Source: an uncultured bacterium (GTDB lineage: Bacteria; Omnitrophota; Omnitrophia; Omnitrophales; Aquincolibacteriaceae). Taken from it: a stretch of 64,000 nt of DNA. The position numbers and the translations under genes are program-made. Position 1 is the first letter of the stretch; the number at the start of each line of letters is the position of its first letter. Below, one piece after another: positions 1 to 8,871 of this stretch. The stretch covers positions 111,615-175,614 of the forward strand of contig CAZSFZ010000003.1 of NCBI GenBank assembly GCA_964606385.1, read 5' to 3'. The notes below the pieces were generated by a model. It worked only from the letters and a program-made list of their open reading frames with translations. It had not been told where the DNA came from and made no database searches.

Positions 1-263
1 AGCACGCGGGCCGGCGTGAAGGCGATCTCATGCTCCGGTTTGTGTTTCGGGTCCCAGGTCGCGAGCCGCTCGATATCTTTTCGCGTGACGTTCTTGCCGT
101 CCTCATTACGAAGGAGGTTCTCGAGAAGCACGCGGATGGAATAAGGCAGCTTGAGGACTTTGGCAACCCCGCACTCCTGGAGCGCGCGCAGGCGGTAGAT
201 CGTGTAGTCCTTCCCCGCGATCCGGAGCGTGACCTTGCTGCCAAAACTGTTCAAGAGGCTCAT
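1..263 (-). CDS. acnA: aconitate hydratase, N-terminal part only (runs off the window start)
   Basis: Minus-strand translation from the ATG at 263-261 gives MSLLNSFGSKVTLRIAGKDYTIYRLRALQECGVAKVLKLPYSIRVLLENLLRNEDGKNVTRKDIERLATWDPKHKPEHEIAFTPARV, a close match to aconitase N-termini (KSLKVLLENLLR...REIAYRPARV in E. coli AcnA). Its ATG overlaps the upstream hemerythrin stop by 1 nt (TGATG). The plus-strand track ORF 30..323 is a shadow. Confidence 0.8.
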   Translation of the reverse strand, partial: MSLLNSFGSKVTLRIAGKDYTIYRLRALQECGVAKVLKLPYSIRVLLENLLRNEDGKNVTRKDIERLATWDPKHKPEHEIAFTPARV

Positions 264-670
264 CAACAGATCCCTTTTTCGTTCAGAAACGGGCCGTACT
301 GTTTATCCACTTCCAGAATGTGATGATCCAGCCAGCCCAGCAAAAAGTTGATCACTTCCATCGAAAGCGTCGCTTTCCCCGCCGCAAAATCTTTTTCAAA
401 CGCCGTGACCTTTGCCCGGAAGGCATCATGCTCCCTTTTGTGCGCTTCATACCCGGGAAAGCCGTACTGCTTCATAAAGATCTCTTCCGTCCCGAAATGC
501 TCGCTGGCATACCAGACCATCTGATCCAGGATGGCCTTCAGCGCTTCCGGGCTTTTCTTTTTTCCCATTTCTTCGAAAAGCTTTCCGAGGATCTCGATGA
601 TCTTCTTATGCTGCTGGTCGATCACCTCGATATTCACGCTGTACTTGTCATCCCAAGCGATATGCGACAT
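263..670 (-). CDS. hemerythrin-like (bacteriohemerythrin) protein
   Basis: 135 aa with hemerythrin metal-ligand pattern (H..H...E..H...HF..EE...H....H...D; WLDHHILEVD). GGGGGAAA RBS upstream. Confidence 0.75.
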   Translation of the reverse strand: MSHIAWDDKYSVNIEVIDQQHKKIIEILGKLFEEMGKKKSPEALKAILDQMVWYASEHFGTEEIFMKQYGFPGYEAHKREHDAFRAKVTAFEKDFAAGKATLSMEVINFLLGWLDHHILEVDKQYGPFLNEKGIC

Positions 671-694
671 AAGTTTCCCCCTTGCCCGGCTGAT

Positions 695-1777
695 CTACCG
701 CAATTTCTTGATGATCGCTTCTCCCATCTCACGGGTCCCGACCGCCGTCGGGTCATTGCGGTCATCTTTCAAGTCATACGTCACGCTCTTGCCTTCACGG
801 ATCACATCAGCCACCGCTTTTTCCAGGCGCTTCGCGGCGTCAATCTCCCCGAGATGCTGGAGCATCAAAACACCTGAAAGGATCATGGCGACGGGGTTTA
901 CCTTATTGAGCCCTTTGTATTTCGGCGCGGAACCATGGGTCGCTTCAAAAAGCGCCCCGTTCGTCCCGATATTCGCCCCGGGAGCCACGCCCAGCCCGCC
1001 GACCAAGCCGGCGCAAAGATCGGAAAGAATATCGCCGTAAAGGTTCGGAAGCACCAATACGTCATAAAGTTCCGGTTTTTGGACAAGCTGCATGCACATG
1101 TTGTCCACGATGCGGTCCTCGAACTGGATATCCGGATATTTTTTAGCTACTTCGCGCGCCACCTCAAGAAAAAGCCCGTCCGAGAATTTCATGATGTTGG
1201 CCTTGTGGACCGCCGTCACCTTTTTGCGTTTGTACTGCCGCGCGTAATCAAAGGCGAATTTGACGATGCGTTCCGTCCCCGCGACCGAGATCGGCTTGAT
1301 GCTTACACCGGAATCCGTGCGGATCTTGCGTTTGGAAAGTTTTTCGATGTGCGCGATCAGGTCCAGGGCTTCGGGCGTTCCCTTCTGGAATTCAATGCCG
1401 GCGTAAAGGTCTTCGGTATTCTCGCGCACGACCACGAGATCGATGTTCTTGTAGCGGGAGCGGACCCCTTCGTAGGACTTACAGGGCCTGAGACAGGCGT
1501 AAAGATCGAGTTCTTTGCGGAGCGCCACATTCACCGAGCGGAATCCGGTCCCGACCGGCGTGGTGATAGGCGCCTTGATGGCGATCTTGTTCTTGCGGAT
1601 GGATTCAACCACGCGGTCCGGAAGCGGCGTCCCTTCGGCCTCCATGACATCCAGGCCCGCGGTCTGAATATCCCAGTCGAATTTCACTCCCGTAGCTTCC
1701 AGGCATGCCTTCGTCGCTTCGGCTAGTTCGGGCCCGACGCCGTCGCCGGGGATCAAAGTGACACGATAAGATTTCAT
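695..1777 (-). CDS. idh: NAD-dependent isocitrate dehydrogenase (IDH3-like, isocitrate/isopropylmalate dehydrogenase family)
   Basis: 360 aa. [28 protein letters not shown] is near-identical to the NAD-IDH signature. N-terminal [19 protein letters not shown]. Adjacent to aconitase. Confidence 0.85.
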   Translation of the reverse strand: MKSYRVTLIPGDGVGPELAEATKACLEATGVKFDWDIQTAGLDVMEAEGTPLPDRVVESIRKNKIAIKAPITTPVGTGFRSVNVALRKELDLYACLRPCKSYEGVRSRYKNIDLVVVRENTEDLYAGIEFQKGTPEALDLIAHIEKLSKRKIRTDSGVSIKPISVAGTERIVKFAFDYARQYKRKKVTAVHKANIMKFSDGLFLEVAREVAKKYPDIQFEDRIVDNMCMQLVQKPELYDVLVLPNLYGDILSDLCAGLVGGLGVAPGANIGTNGALFEATHGSAPKYKGLNKVNPVAMILSGVLMLQHLGEIDAAKRLEKAVADVIREGKSVTYDLKDDRNDPTAVGTREMGEAIIKKLR

Positions 1778-1888
1778 TGGAACTCCTTGATATTAACGTT
1801 GTTTGTTCAATGAGTTGAAGCCGATGAGCTGTTCAGATAGAATGCTTTCTCGCCGTCAAAAGGACCCATTGAGGGAACCGTATTTTAT

Positions 1889-2689
1889 ATGAAGAATGCT
1901 GAAATTAAAAGAACGCTCTTGGAAGCCATCCGCAAGGCCGGAACGGTCGTTCGGGCCAACTTCGGCAAGGTCCAGCGCATCACCAAAAAAGGCGAATTCA
2001 ACCTTGTCACCGAGATCGATAAGGCATCCGAAGCCGCCGCGCTCCGGGTGATCCGGAAGCGGTTTCCGGACCATTCGATCCTGGCCGAGGAATCCCCCGC
2101 CGTCGAGGGATCGGGATGCCGCTGGATCATTGACCCGATCGATGGCACCACGAATTTCGCGCACGGATTTCCCATCGTCTCCGTTTCAATTGCCTTTGAA
2201 CGGGAAGGGCGGCTTGAGATGGGGGCTGTCCTCGATCCGACGCGGAACGAGCTTTTCTTCGCCGAACGCGGACGCGGGGCGTTCCTCAACGGTGAAAGGA
2301 TCCGGGTCTCCAAAGTTAAAACCCTCTCGGATTCCCTGGTCGTCACGGGATTTCCGTATGACCGGAAGAAGAACCCCGAGGATTATTTGAACCTTCTGCG
2401 GGCCTTCCTCACCAAGGTGCAGTGCATCCGGCGCACCGGATCCGCCGCCATGGACCTTTGTTATGTCGCGGTCGGCCGTTTTGACGGTTACTATGAAATG
2501 AAGCTCAACCCGTGGGACAAAGCGGCCGGCATGCTGATCGCTGAGGAAGCGGGCGGCAAACTTACAGACTTTTCAGGTTCCCCCCTGACGCTTTCCAGCG
2601 TCCAAAACCTCGCCACCAACAGCCTGATCCACGCGGAAATGCTCGCAGCCCTTGCGCCATTCAAGGATCTGGGACGGTCCGGCTTTTAG
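1889..2689 (+). CDS. suhB: inositol monophosphatase family protein
   Basis: 266 aa with WIIDPIDGTTNFAHGFP and AAMDLCYVAVGRFDGY motifs of IMPase/SuhB. Confidence 0.85.
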   Translation: MKNAEIKRTLLEAIRKAGTVVRANFGKVQRITKKGEFNLVTEIDKASEAAALRVIRKRFPDHSILAEESPAVEGSGCRWIIDPIDGTTNFAHGFPIVSVSIAFEREGRLEMGAVLDPTRNELFFAERGRGAFLNGERIRVSKVKTLSDSLVVTGFPYDRKKNPEDYLNLLRAFLTKVQCIRRTGSAAMDLCYVAVGRFDGYYEMKLNPWDKAAGMLIAEEAGGKLTDFSGSPLTLSSVQNLATNSLIHAEMLAALAPFKDLGRSGF

Positions 2690-2700
2690 GAGGACCTGGA

Positions 2701-2850
2701 ATGCCTAAGAAAAAAATCTCCGGAATGCCAAAACTTCGTCATGGTTGGGCGATCAACCCTCGGACACGGGTGAAACCTTCCCGGAAGACTTACCACCGGA
2801 AAACCGTCAAAAAAGCGGAAAAGAACTGGGTGGATGAGCTGCTGGACTGA
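2701..2850 (+). CDS. small basic protein (49 aa), not in the ORF track because it is under 60 aa
   Basis: ATG at 2701 preceded by a GGAGG RBS (2690-2694). Translation is MPKKKISGMPKLRHGWAINPRTRVKPSRKTYHRKTVKKAEKNWVDELLD. A strong hairpin terminator follows at 2871-2901. Confidence 0.5.
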   Translation: MPKKKISGMPKLRHGWAINPRTRVKPSRKTYHRKTVKKAEKNWVDELLD

Positions 2851-2870
2851 AAAGGCGGGTTTAAAAATAA

Positions 2871-2901
2871 AAAGCGCCGGGTTTTGAGGCCCGGCGCTTT
2901 T
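2871..2901. terminator. bidirectional rho-independent terminator
   Basis: aaaaataaaaa-GCGCCGGG-ttttgagg-CCCGGCGC-tttt. A-run and T-run flank a GC stem. It serves the small ORF 2701..2850 (+) and the gene 2919..3290 (-). Confidence 0.7.
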
Positions 2902-2918
2902 GAGAGACGAAATCTCGA

Positions 2919-3290
2919 TTACTTCGTCGAGCCGCCGCTGATATCCACCCCGTTGTTCGGGAGCGGAAGGTCCGCAGGGATCGGGAAGGTGACCAAATGG
3001 AGCGCGCCACCGACCGTATCCACGACCGCTTCCACAGCGCCCTGTCCAATGCCGGCCCAAACGTTCTTGCCTTCATCGGCGTACTGATTGGGAACCGCGA
3101 AGAGCTGGATCCAGCCGAGCAGGGTGTTCGTAAGACCGAACACGAGCTTACCGGTCACTCTGTCGCCATAGGTTTTTTCTTCAGTCCACGGGCTGGCCGC
3201 GAAAGCGACAGGCGCGAGGAGCATGGAAAGAACCACTACGAGACTCATAATCTTCTTCATTCGTTTTTTCTCCCTTTGTTTTGATAACAC
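2919..3290 (-). CDS. small secreted protein, paralog family member 1 (signal peptide)
   Basis: 123 aa. N-terminal signal MKKIMSLVVVLSMLLAPVAFA. Shares GKLVFGLTNTLLGW and a Gly-rich central block with the genes at 5082 and 7036. Confidence 0.6.
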   Translation of the reverse strand: MLSKQREKKRMKKIMSLVVVLSMLLAPVAFAASPWTEEKTYGDRVTGKLVFGLTNTLLGWIQLFAVPNQYADEGKNVWAGIGQGAVEAVVDTVGGALHLVTFPIPADLPLPNNGVDISGGSTK

Positions 3291-3404
3291 TTACTTCTTA
3301 TGTTCCTGAAAGTTATCGTCCCTCAACATCTTTTCTTTATCTTTTTCTATCATCTTTGATCCGCCTCTTGCCGCCCCCCTCTGAACCCGATATCATACCC
3401 CCCT

Positions 3405-4478
3405 ATGCCTGAAGACCCGAGATCACTCCCCAAGCTGCGCCGGCAACTTCTCCGTTGGTACCATAGGTCCAAGAGAGACCTTCCCTGGAGGCATACCCGG
3501 AACCCCTACAAGATCTGGGTCTCCGAGATCATGCTCCAGCAGACCCAGGTTGCGACGGTCATTCCTTACTACGAACGCTGGCTCCAAACATTCCCCTCTC
3601 TTGCCTCCCTGGCCGCGGCCCCGTTACCCAAGGTATTGAAGCTCTGGGCAGGACTGGGTTATTACAGGCGGGCCAGGATGTTCCATCAGGCGGCCCGTCA
3701 TGTCCAGCATGAACTTCACGGAAAAATCCCCAAAACGGCCGAGGCGCTGAGAAAACTTCCCGGTATCGGCCGCTACACGGCCGGCGCGATCGCCAGTATC
3801 GCCTGGGGTGAAAGGACGCCCGTATTGGACGGCAATGTGATACGGATCCTGACAAGGATTTTTGCTATTTCCCATAGTATCGACCGGCCCTCGACCCAGG
3901 AAAAACTTTGGAAGCTCGCGGCCGCGCTCCTTCCAGCGAAAAACTCCGGGGATTTCAATCAGGCCATGATGGAGCTGGGCGCAACGGTTTGTTTCCCTCT
4001 GAATCCTGATTGTTCTCAATGCCCGGTCAGGAAAAATTGCCGGGCTCGCCAAAAGGAGCGCGAACTTTCATATCCGGTCCGCTCGAGGAAAGAAAAGTAC
4101 GAGAAGCTCCATATGGCAGCTTTGGTCCTGGTCGGTCCCCGGGGAAAGATCTGGCTCGAAAAACAACCGGAACACGGCCGCTGGGGAGGACTTTGGATGT
4201 TCCCTTTTTGGAAAAGTGAAGGGGACATGTTCGACGAATTAGGGTCTTTAGGATGGAAACCGGCGCTCAAAATGAAGGTTCAGCATGGATTCACAAAATA
4301 CAGGATCACATTGAAGGTGTTCGGCGTGGCGCCCAACAAAACCGCGTGGAAACATCGCTCAGGAAGATGGTTTTCGATCGGAAATCTGGCCCGCATCGCT
4401 TTTCCGTCCCCGCACAGGAAAATCGCTCAGGCGCTGGTGAAACCAAGTGGGGTTTTCGCGCCCCTTTTCTCTGCCTGA
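3405..4478 (+). CDS. mutY: A/G-specific adenine DNA glycosylase
   Basis: 357 aa. HhH-GPD core (LPGIGRYTAGAIASIAWGE), 4Fe-4S cluster Cys ligands (CFPLNPDCSQCPVRKNC) and a C-terminal NUDIX-like domain. Confidence 0.85.
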   Translation: MPEDPRSLPKLRRQLLRWYHRSKRDLPWRHTRNPYKIWVSEIMLQQTQVATVIPYYERWLQTFPSLASLAAAPLPKVLKLWAGLGYYRRARMFHQAARHVQHELHGKIPKTAEALRKLPGIGRYTAGAIASIAWGERTPVLDGNVIRILTRIFAISHSIDRPSTQEKLWKLAAALLPAKNSGDFNQAMMELGATVCFPLNPDCSQCPVRKNCRARQKERELSYPVRSRKEKYEKLHMAALVLVGPRGKIWLEKQPEHGRWGGLWMFPFWKSEGDMFDELGSLGWKPALKMKVQHGFTKYRITLKVFGVAPNKTAWKHRSGRWFSIGNLARIAFPSPHRKIAQALVKPSGVFAPLFSA

Positions 4479-4575
4479 CGGCAGGCCCACCAGAAGCGCG
4501 ATATTTTAGAGACCCGGGTCCCGACTCACCTGAAACCGTTATCGCAAGGATAACCGCCGCAAACCCGGGGATCTC

Positions 4576-4797
4576 TTATTGATTCATCCGATCGGTCAAC
4601 CAGGCGTCCAGGACGTCTTTTTTAAAACGCCACTGTCCCCCGATCTTCGTTGCCGGAACTTCACCTTTCTTCAGTAGCCGATAGATCGTCACGAGATGGA
4701 ACCCGAGATACTTCGCCGCTTCCTTGGGCGTCATGATCTGGGTTCTTTCCCGCCTGGGATACTGGAATTCCTGGCCCTGCTCTTTTGCCTGTTCCAT
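4576..4797 (-). CDS. excisionase-family helix-turn-helix DNA-binding protein
   Basis: 73 aa. MTPKEAAKYLGFHLVTIYRLLKKGEVPATKIGGQWRFKKDVLDAWL matches the Xis-type HTH consensus. Strong AAGGAGAA RBS before the ATG at 4797. No integrase nearby. Confidence 0.6.
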   Translation of the reverse strand: MEQAKEQGQEFQYPRRERTQIMTPKEAAKYLGFHLVTIYRLLKKGEVPATKIGGQWRFKKDVLDAWLTDRMNQ

Positions 4798-5081
4798 GCT
4801 AGTTCTCCTTGTCCATTATTGCTATTTTTGAATCTATTATAGCTACATACTACAACATAACTTATCCTACATACTATAAATTGTCAATAGTTGCTAGTTT
4901 TTAGCATTTCGGGCTGTTTATGTAACTTATTGCCTTTTAAGCGCTTACAAAAAACGCTGCGGGAAAATAAAAATATTATTGCGTGTTATTTTTATTCATT
5001 GTATTATCTGTCCCTGTCCGGATTTTTCCGGATATCCGATCATTCGTCATCTTCAAACATTCATTAAAAGGGAGGTTGTTC

Positions 5082-5603
5082 ATGAACAAGGCAAAGATAT
5101 TGTTGGCTCTTCTGGTCTGCGCGTTCCTGCTCGTCCCGATGGGCTTCGCGAAAGACATGTGGGAAATGGCGGATTCCGAAGTCTATAAAGAAAAAGCCGG
5201 CGCGATGTTAGGCCGCGGTCTTCTCAATGTTGCGACAAGCCCCGTGGATATCTTTGTTCAAACCGTGAACCGCTCCAAAGAAGGTCCCGCTCTTATCGGC
5301 ACCTTGACGGGCATGGCCGGCGGTCTTGGCTGCACGGCACTCCGCGCCAGCTCGGGTATTGTGGATGCGGGTCTTTTCTGGGTCCCCGGATTCAACGGTT
5401 TTCCAGTAAACCGTTCCTATGATAATTGTTTGATCGAGGCTTCTGACGAAGTCGCGCAGCCTGTTTACCAGGCTCCGATGTCTTTCCAGCCCTCTCCCGC
5501 TGTGACCGAGGCAGCGCCGATCGTGACGGTGACCGAAACCGAACCCGCTCCGGTCAAGAAGCTCGTCAAAAAGCACAACGCTTACGATTACGTAAAGAAA
5601 TAA
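5082..5603 (+). CDS. small secreted protein, paralog family member 2
   Basis: Track ORF 4983..5603. The likely start is the ATG at 5082 (MNKAKILLALLVCAFLLVPMGFA signal peptide) preceded by an AAAGGGAGG RBS. Motif GRGLLNVATSPVD is shared with the 7036 gene (GRGAMNILTSPGE). Confidence 0.6.
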   Translation: MNKAKILLALLVCAFLLVPMGFAKDMWEMADSEVYKEKAGAMLGRGLLNVATSPVDIFVQTVNRSKEGPALIGTLTGMAGGLGCTALRASSGIVDAGLFWVPGFNGFPVNRSYDNCLIEASDEVAQPVYQAPMSFQPSPAVTEAAPIVTVTETEPAPVKKLVKKHNAYDYVKK

Positions 5604-5621
5604 GCGTTCGCAGGGATATAG

Positions 5622-5663
5622 TAAAAAAGCGCAAGGCCGAATATCGGTCTTGCGCTTTTTTTA
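5622..5663. terminator. bidirectional rho-independent terminator between convergent genes
   Basis: aaaaaa-GCGCAAGgccga-atat-cggtCTTGCGC-tttttttt between the 5603 (+) end and the pyrE (-) end. Confidence 0.7.
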
Positions 5664-5689
5664 TGTCCGGGGATTAAAACGCCGAGGCC

Positions 5690-6235
5690 TTACAACCCCA
5701 GATCGCGAAGCGTAAAGATAGGCGCGTAATTGTAATTGGCGAGAGTTTCAGAAGCCCCTTCGTTGCGATCCACCAGGCAAATCGTTTTGATCACCTTCGC
5801 TCCGAGAGCTTCGACTTCTTTGATCGCTTTCAAGACGGATCCCCCGGTCGTGATCACATCCTCGAGCATCACCACTTTGTCACCGGGTTGAAGGGCCGGA
5901 CCTTCGATCATTTTCTGCATGCCGTGATCTTTGGCCTCTTTGCGGACAATGAATGCTTTGAGAGGCTTGCCGCTTTGGGAACTCAGGACGGAAACTGCCG
6001 CCGCAAGCGGGTCCGCGCCCAGCGTGGGCCCTCCGACCGCATCGGCGCCAGCTGCCTGGGCCATATGAAGGATCACTTTAGCCGCGTAGAACAGCCCTTG
6101 GGCGTCCAGCGTGACCTGCTTCCCGTCGATGTAGTATTGCGAGATCTTTCCGGAGGCCAGTTTGCGCTCCCCGCGCACCACCGCCTTCTCCTGGATCGAT
6201 TTCAATAATTCCTGCTTAAGTGTCTGTTCATCCAT
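5690..6235 (-). CDS. pyrE: orotate phosphoribosyltransferase
   Basis: 181 aa. PRPP-binding motif VVMLEDVITTGGSV. AAGGAG RBS. Confidence 0.9.
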   Translation of the reverse strand: MDEQTLKQELLKSIQEKAVVRGERKLASGKISQYYIDGKQVTLDAQGLFYAAKVILHMAQAAGADAVGGPTLGADPLAAAVSVLSSQSGKPLKAFIVRKEAKDHGMQKMIEGPALQPGDKVVMLEDVITTGGSVLKAIKEVEALGAKVIKTICLVDRNEGASETLANYNYAPIFTLRDLGL

Positions 6236-6275
6236 AAATAAACGACTCCTTTTTTTCTATTCTATCGGGGTGCTT

Positions 6276-6998
6276 TCAGGAATTCAAAACCTTTTCTCGT
6301 ATCGTTCGCGAAAGCCCTTTGATCATCTGCGCCTCAGGCGCCAGAAGGCCGGAGCGCTTGATAAGCCCCCGAAAGGTATGAAGGATCCGCGGCAGAAGGT
6401 TCGCCCCGCCCTCTTTGTATCCAAGCGCCCGAAGCGCTTCTTCAAAGTGCCGGACCGTAACCTCGATCTCTTTTTTGTTCAGGGTTCTTTCCTTCGTACG
6501 CGGGCCAGCCGGATCACGCCGCCACGCGAGAGCGAAAAGCATGACCATCACCGCTTGGGCAAGGTTCAGTGATGGATAGGCGGCCCCCGTCGGGATCATC
6601 ACAAGATGGTCACACAGCGCGCTCTCCTCATTCGACAGCCCCTTGGACTCCCGTCCGAAAACGATCCCCACTTTCTGTTGACGTGAAACCCCGCGAACCT
6701 TCGCGATCGCTTTGTCAAAAGAAAGAAAAGCCCCACGATGGCCTCCGGAACGCCGCGTCGTCCCGATCACAAGCCCCAGATCGCGTATCGCGTCTTCCGT
6801 CGAAGGGTAAACTTTCGCTTCTTTGAGAATGTCCGTCGCGGACATGGCCATTTTCTTCGACTTCACGCGCCAGGCTTTAGGAGGCTGTACGAGGCGCAGC
6901 CCCCGGAACCCCATATTCATGATCGCGCGGGCGGCAGCCCCGATATTATCGGGGTTCTCGGGAGAGACAAGGATGACCTGGATATTTTCTTTCTTCAT
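6276..6998 (-). CDS. trmJ: SpoU/TrmH-family RNA 2'-O-methyltransferase (TrmJ-like)
   Basis: N-terminus MKKENIQVILVSPENPDNIGAAARAIMNMGF matches TrmJ. The track ORF starts at a TTG (7070). The ATG at 6998 is preferred and avoids overlap with the 7036..7401 gene. Confidence 0.7.
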   Translation of the reverse strand: MKKENIQVILVSPENPDNIGAAARAIMNMGFRGLRLVQPPKAWRVKSKKMAMSATDILKEAKVYPSTEDAIRDLGLVIGTTRRSGGHRGAFLSFDKAIAKVRGVSRQQKVGIVFGRESKGLSNEESALCDHLVMIPTGAAYPSLNLAQAVMVMLFALAWRRDPAGPRTKERTLNKKEIEVTVRHFEEALRALGYKEGGANLLPRILHTFRGLIKRSGLLAPEAQMIKGLSRTIREKVLNS

Positions 6999-7035
6999 CG
7001 GAATTTTCGGAGACCTGAGAAAAATGAACGATTCT

Positions 7036-7401
7036 TTATTCTTTTTCCCAGACGTAATCGGGAAGATCAAAATGACGCGTGATGGGCTCGGTTTCGCCCT
7101 TAAAAGGCGCCACGAAAGGCAGTACGGCGATATCGTTCACTCCCGACGCGACACGGGTCGTCAAGTTCGTGAAGAAGCGCGGGATATAGGTCACAGGCCA
7201 AGCTTTCGGATGGTCCTTGCGCTCAAAGTTATAAGCCGACGCTAACTCCCCCGGCGATGTCAGGATATTCATCGCACCGCGCCCCTGGATGGAAGCGATC
7301 TCTTTGAAGGTGTTCTCTTTTTTAGCGGCTTCTTCCGCGTAAAGAGCGCCTGCCCCCAGCAATAAAAAGCCCACGAGTATCCAAGCCGTCATTTTTTTCA
7401 T
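7036..7401 (-). CDS. small secreted protein, paralog family member 3
   Basis: Track ORF 7036..7893 is over-extended into rsmB in another frame. The real start is MKKMTAWILVGFLLLGAGALYA (ATG at 7401, GGAG RBS). Motif GRGAMNILTSPGE. Confidence 0.6.
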   Translation of the reverse strand: MKKMTAWILVGFLLLGAGALYAEEAAKKENTFKEIASIQGRGAMNILTSPGELASAYNFERKDHPKAWPVTYIPRFFTNLTTRVASGVNDIAVLPFVAPFKGETEPITRHFDLPDYVWEKE

Positions 7402-7417
7402 GTTCTTTTCTCCGCTT

Positions 7418-8710
7418 TTATTTATTTTTCTTGAACGCCGCAAGAAAGAAACCATCCGTCCCCGTCTCGGGCGGCCACAATTTGAAGAAGGGCTCCCCTC
7501 CTTCCCCGCACGGAACGGCTTCGAGTTCGGGATGCGCGGCCAAAAATTTCGCGGCCACCTCTTCGTTCTCGGCCGCTTCCACCGAACAGGTGGCGTAGTA
7601 CAGTTTGCCGTTTTTCGCAAGATATGGCAAAGCTTTTTCCAGGATCGCCAGCTGCTCCCGGGGAAGCGTCTCGAACCACGAGGGCGTGAGCTTCCATTTC
7701 GCGTCCGGATTCCGCCCAAGCGTCCCGGTCCCGGAACACGGCGCGTCCACCAGGATCCGGTCAAACCCCCGCTGGGCGAGTTTGAGGTCCGCCATGCGGT
7801 CCAGTTCCGCGGGAAAAATATTGAAGACCCCCGCGCGCTTGGCTCTTTTCTTAAGTTCCTCGAGCTTATAAGAGCGCAGGTCGGTCGCCACAATGCGCCC
7901 CTTGTTCTCCATCATGGCCGCCAAAAGAAGGCTCTTCCCGCCTCCTCCCGCGCAGACATCCCAAATGCTCTCCCCCGGCTGGGGGTCCATTTTCTGACAA
8001 ACCATCTGGCTGCCTTCGTCCTGGACCTCGAACCAGCCGTCCCGGAAAGCCGGAGTATCAAATACGTTGCGCCGCTCCTGGAGGATTAGGCCGAAATAAG
8101 ATTTGGTGGTTTGATTCGCTTCCACGCCGAGCCGGCGGAACATATCCACAAGTTTTTTGCGGCTGATCTTGAGCGTATTCGCCCGAAGCACCAAAAGCGG
8201 CCTTTCCTGGAAAAAAGCGATCAAGCGCTCAGCCTCGGCCACGCCGAACGTTTTGACCCAGCGCTCAACGAGCCATAGCGGGAACGAATAGAGCCGGGCG
8301 ATCATTTCTTCCTTGGACTTTGGGCCGCTCTCCTCCGGCAAGAGATGTTCCCTCAAGGCGTTATAGACCTTCTCGCTTTGCTGAAAGACCTCCCGGAAAT
8401 CCTCTTTTGTGACAAACCCTTCTTTCACCGCGGCATAAAGACAAAGGCATTCCGCTTTTTCAAGATCGCTCATGATCGGACGCGGCTTCGCTTTTTCGAC
8501 CCAAGCCTCCAGAAAGCTTTTGTGCCGGAAGATCGCGTAAAGGGTTTCGGAAAGGAATTTCCGGTCTCGGGAACCGATCTTTCTTCGATTCTGATAAAAA
8601 TAACGCGCGAGCCATCGGTCGGAGGGCATGGGGTCTTTCGAGACGCCCTGCCAGGCTTCGGTCGCCATGCGGAGCTGCGAAGCGATGAGCCGTTTTTGAT
8701 TATCTTTCAT
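7418..8710 (-). CDS. rsmB: 16S rRNA m5C methyltransferase, RsmB/Sun family
   Basis: 430 aa. NusB-like N-terminus. SAM-binding DVCAGGGGKS and catalytic DAPCSGTGTL. Confidence 0.85.
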   Translation of the reverse strand: MKDNQKRLIASQLRMATEAWQGVSKDPMPSDRWLARYFYQNRRKIGSRDRKFLSETLYAIFRHKSFLEAWVEKAKPRPIMSDLEKAECLCLYAAVKEGFVTKEDFREVFQQSEKVYNALREHLLPEESGPKSKEEMIARLYSFPLWLVERWVKTFGVAEAERLIAFFQERPLLVLRANTLKISRKKLVDMFRRLGVEANQTTKSYFGLILQERRNVFDTPAFRDGWFEVQDEGSQMVCQKMDPQPGESIWDVCAGGGGKSLLLAAMMENKGRIVATDLRSYKLEELKKRAKRAGVFNIFPAELDRMADLKLAQRGFDRILVDAPCSGTGTLGRNPDAKWKLTPSWFETLPREQLAILEKALPYLAKNGKLYYATCSVEAAENEEVAAKFLAAHPELEAVPCGEGGEPFFKLWPPETGTDGFFLAAFKKNK

Positions 8711-8801
8711 GAGTACCTCGGGATTAACGCCGCATGAAAATTAAGATCTCGGGAATGCGGCGCCACGCCGTTCTCTATTAAAATTATGAAATAACGGCAT
8801 A

Positions 8802-8833
8802 GAAAAAAAGGCCTGATCGCGGGGATCAGGCCT
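8802..8833 (-). terminator. rho-independent terminator for the gene 8872..9312
   Basis: Minus strand reads AGGCCTGATC-cccgc-GATCAGGCCT followed by TTTTTTT. Confidence 0.65.
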
Positions 8834-8871
8834 TTCGCAATATCAGAAAATCAAAGAGCGATCTCTAAAAA

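Noticed and set aside
30-323. Plus-strand track ORF at the window start (97 aa).
   Set aside because: The opposite strand encodes a well-conserved aconitase N-terminus ending in an ATG that overlaps the hemerythrin stop. The plus ORF is a shadow frame.
935-1726. 263-aa plus-strand ORF antisense to isocitrate dehydrogenase. Similar antisense ORFs are 9509..10762 under pepA, 45703..46641 and 50234..51358 under radical-SAM genes, and 54509..55087.
   Set aside because: These are antisense to strongly supported protein genes and have no motifs. They are typical GC-rich shadow ORFs.
4798-5081. AT-rich 280-bp region with short direct repeats (ctacatacta x2) between the Xis-like HTH gene and the paralog-2 gene, considered as a mobile-element end or att site.
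   Set aside because: There is no integrase, transposase or flanking inverted repeats. It is more simply a divergent promoter region, and the HTH gene appears stand-alone.
7036-7893. 285-aa track ORF running from the small secreted-protein gene into rsmB.
   Set aside because: The upstream 160 codons overlap rsmB in another frame and are Arg/Pro-rich nonsense. The genuine gene starts at the internal MKKMT with an RBS (7036..7401).
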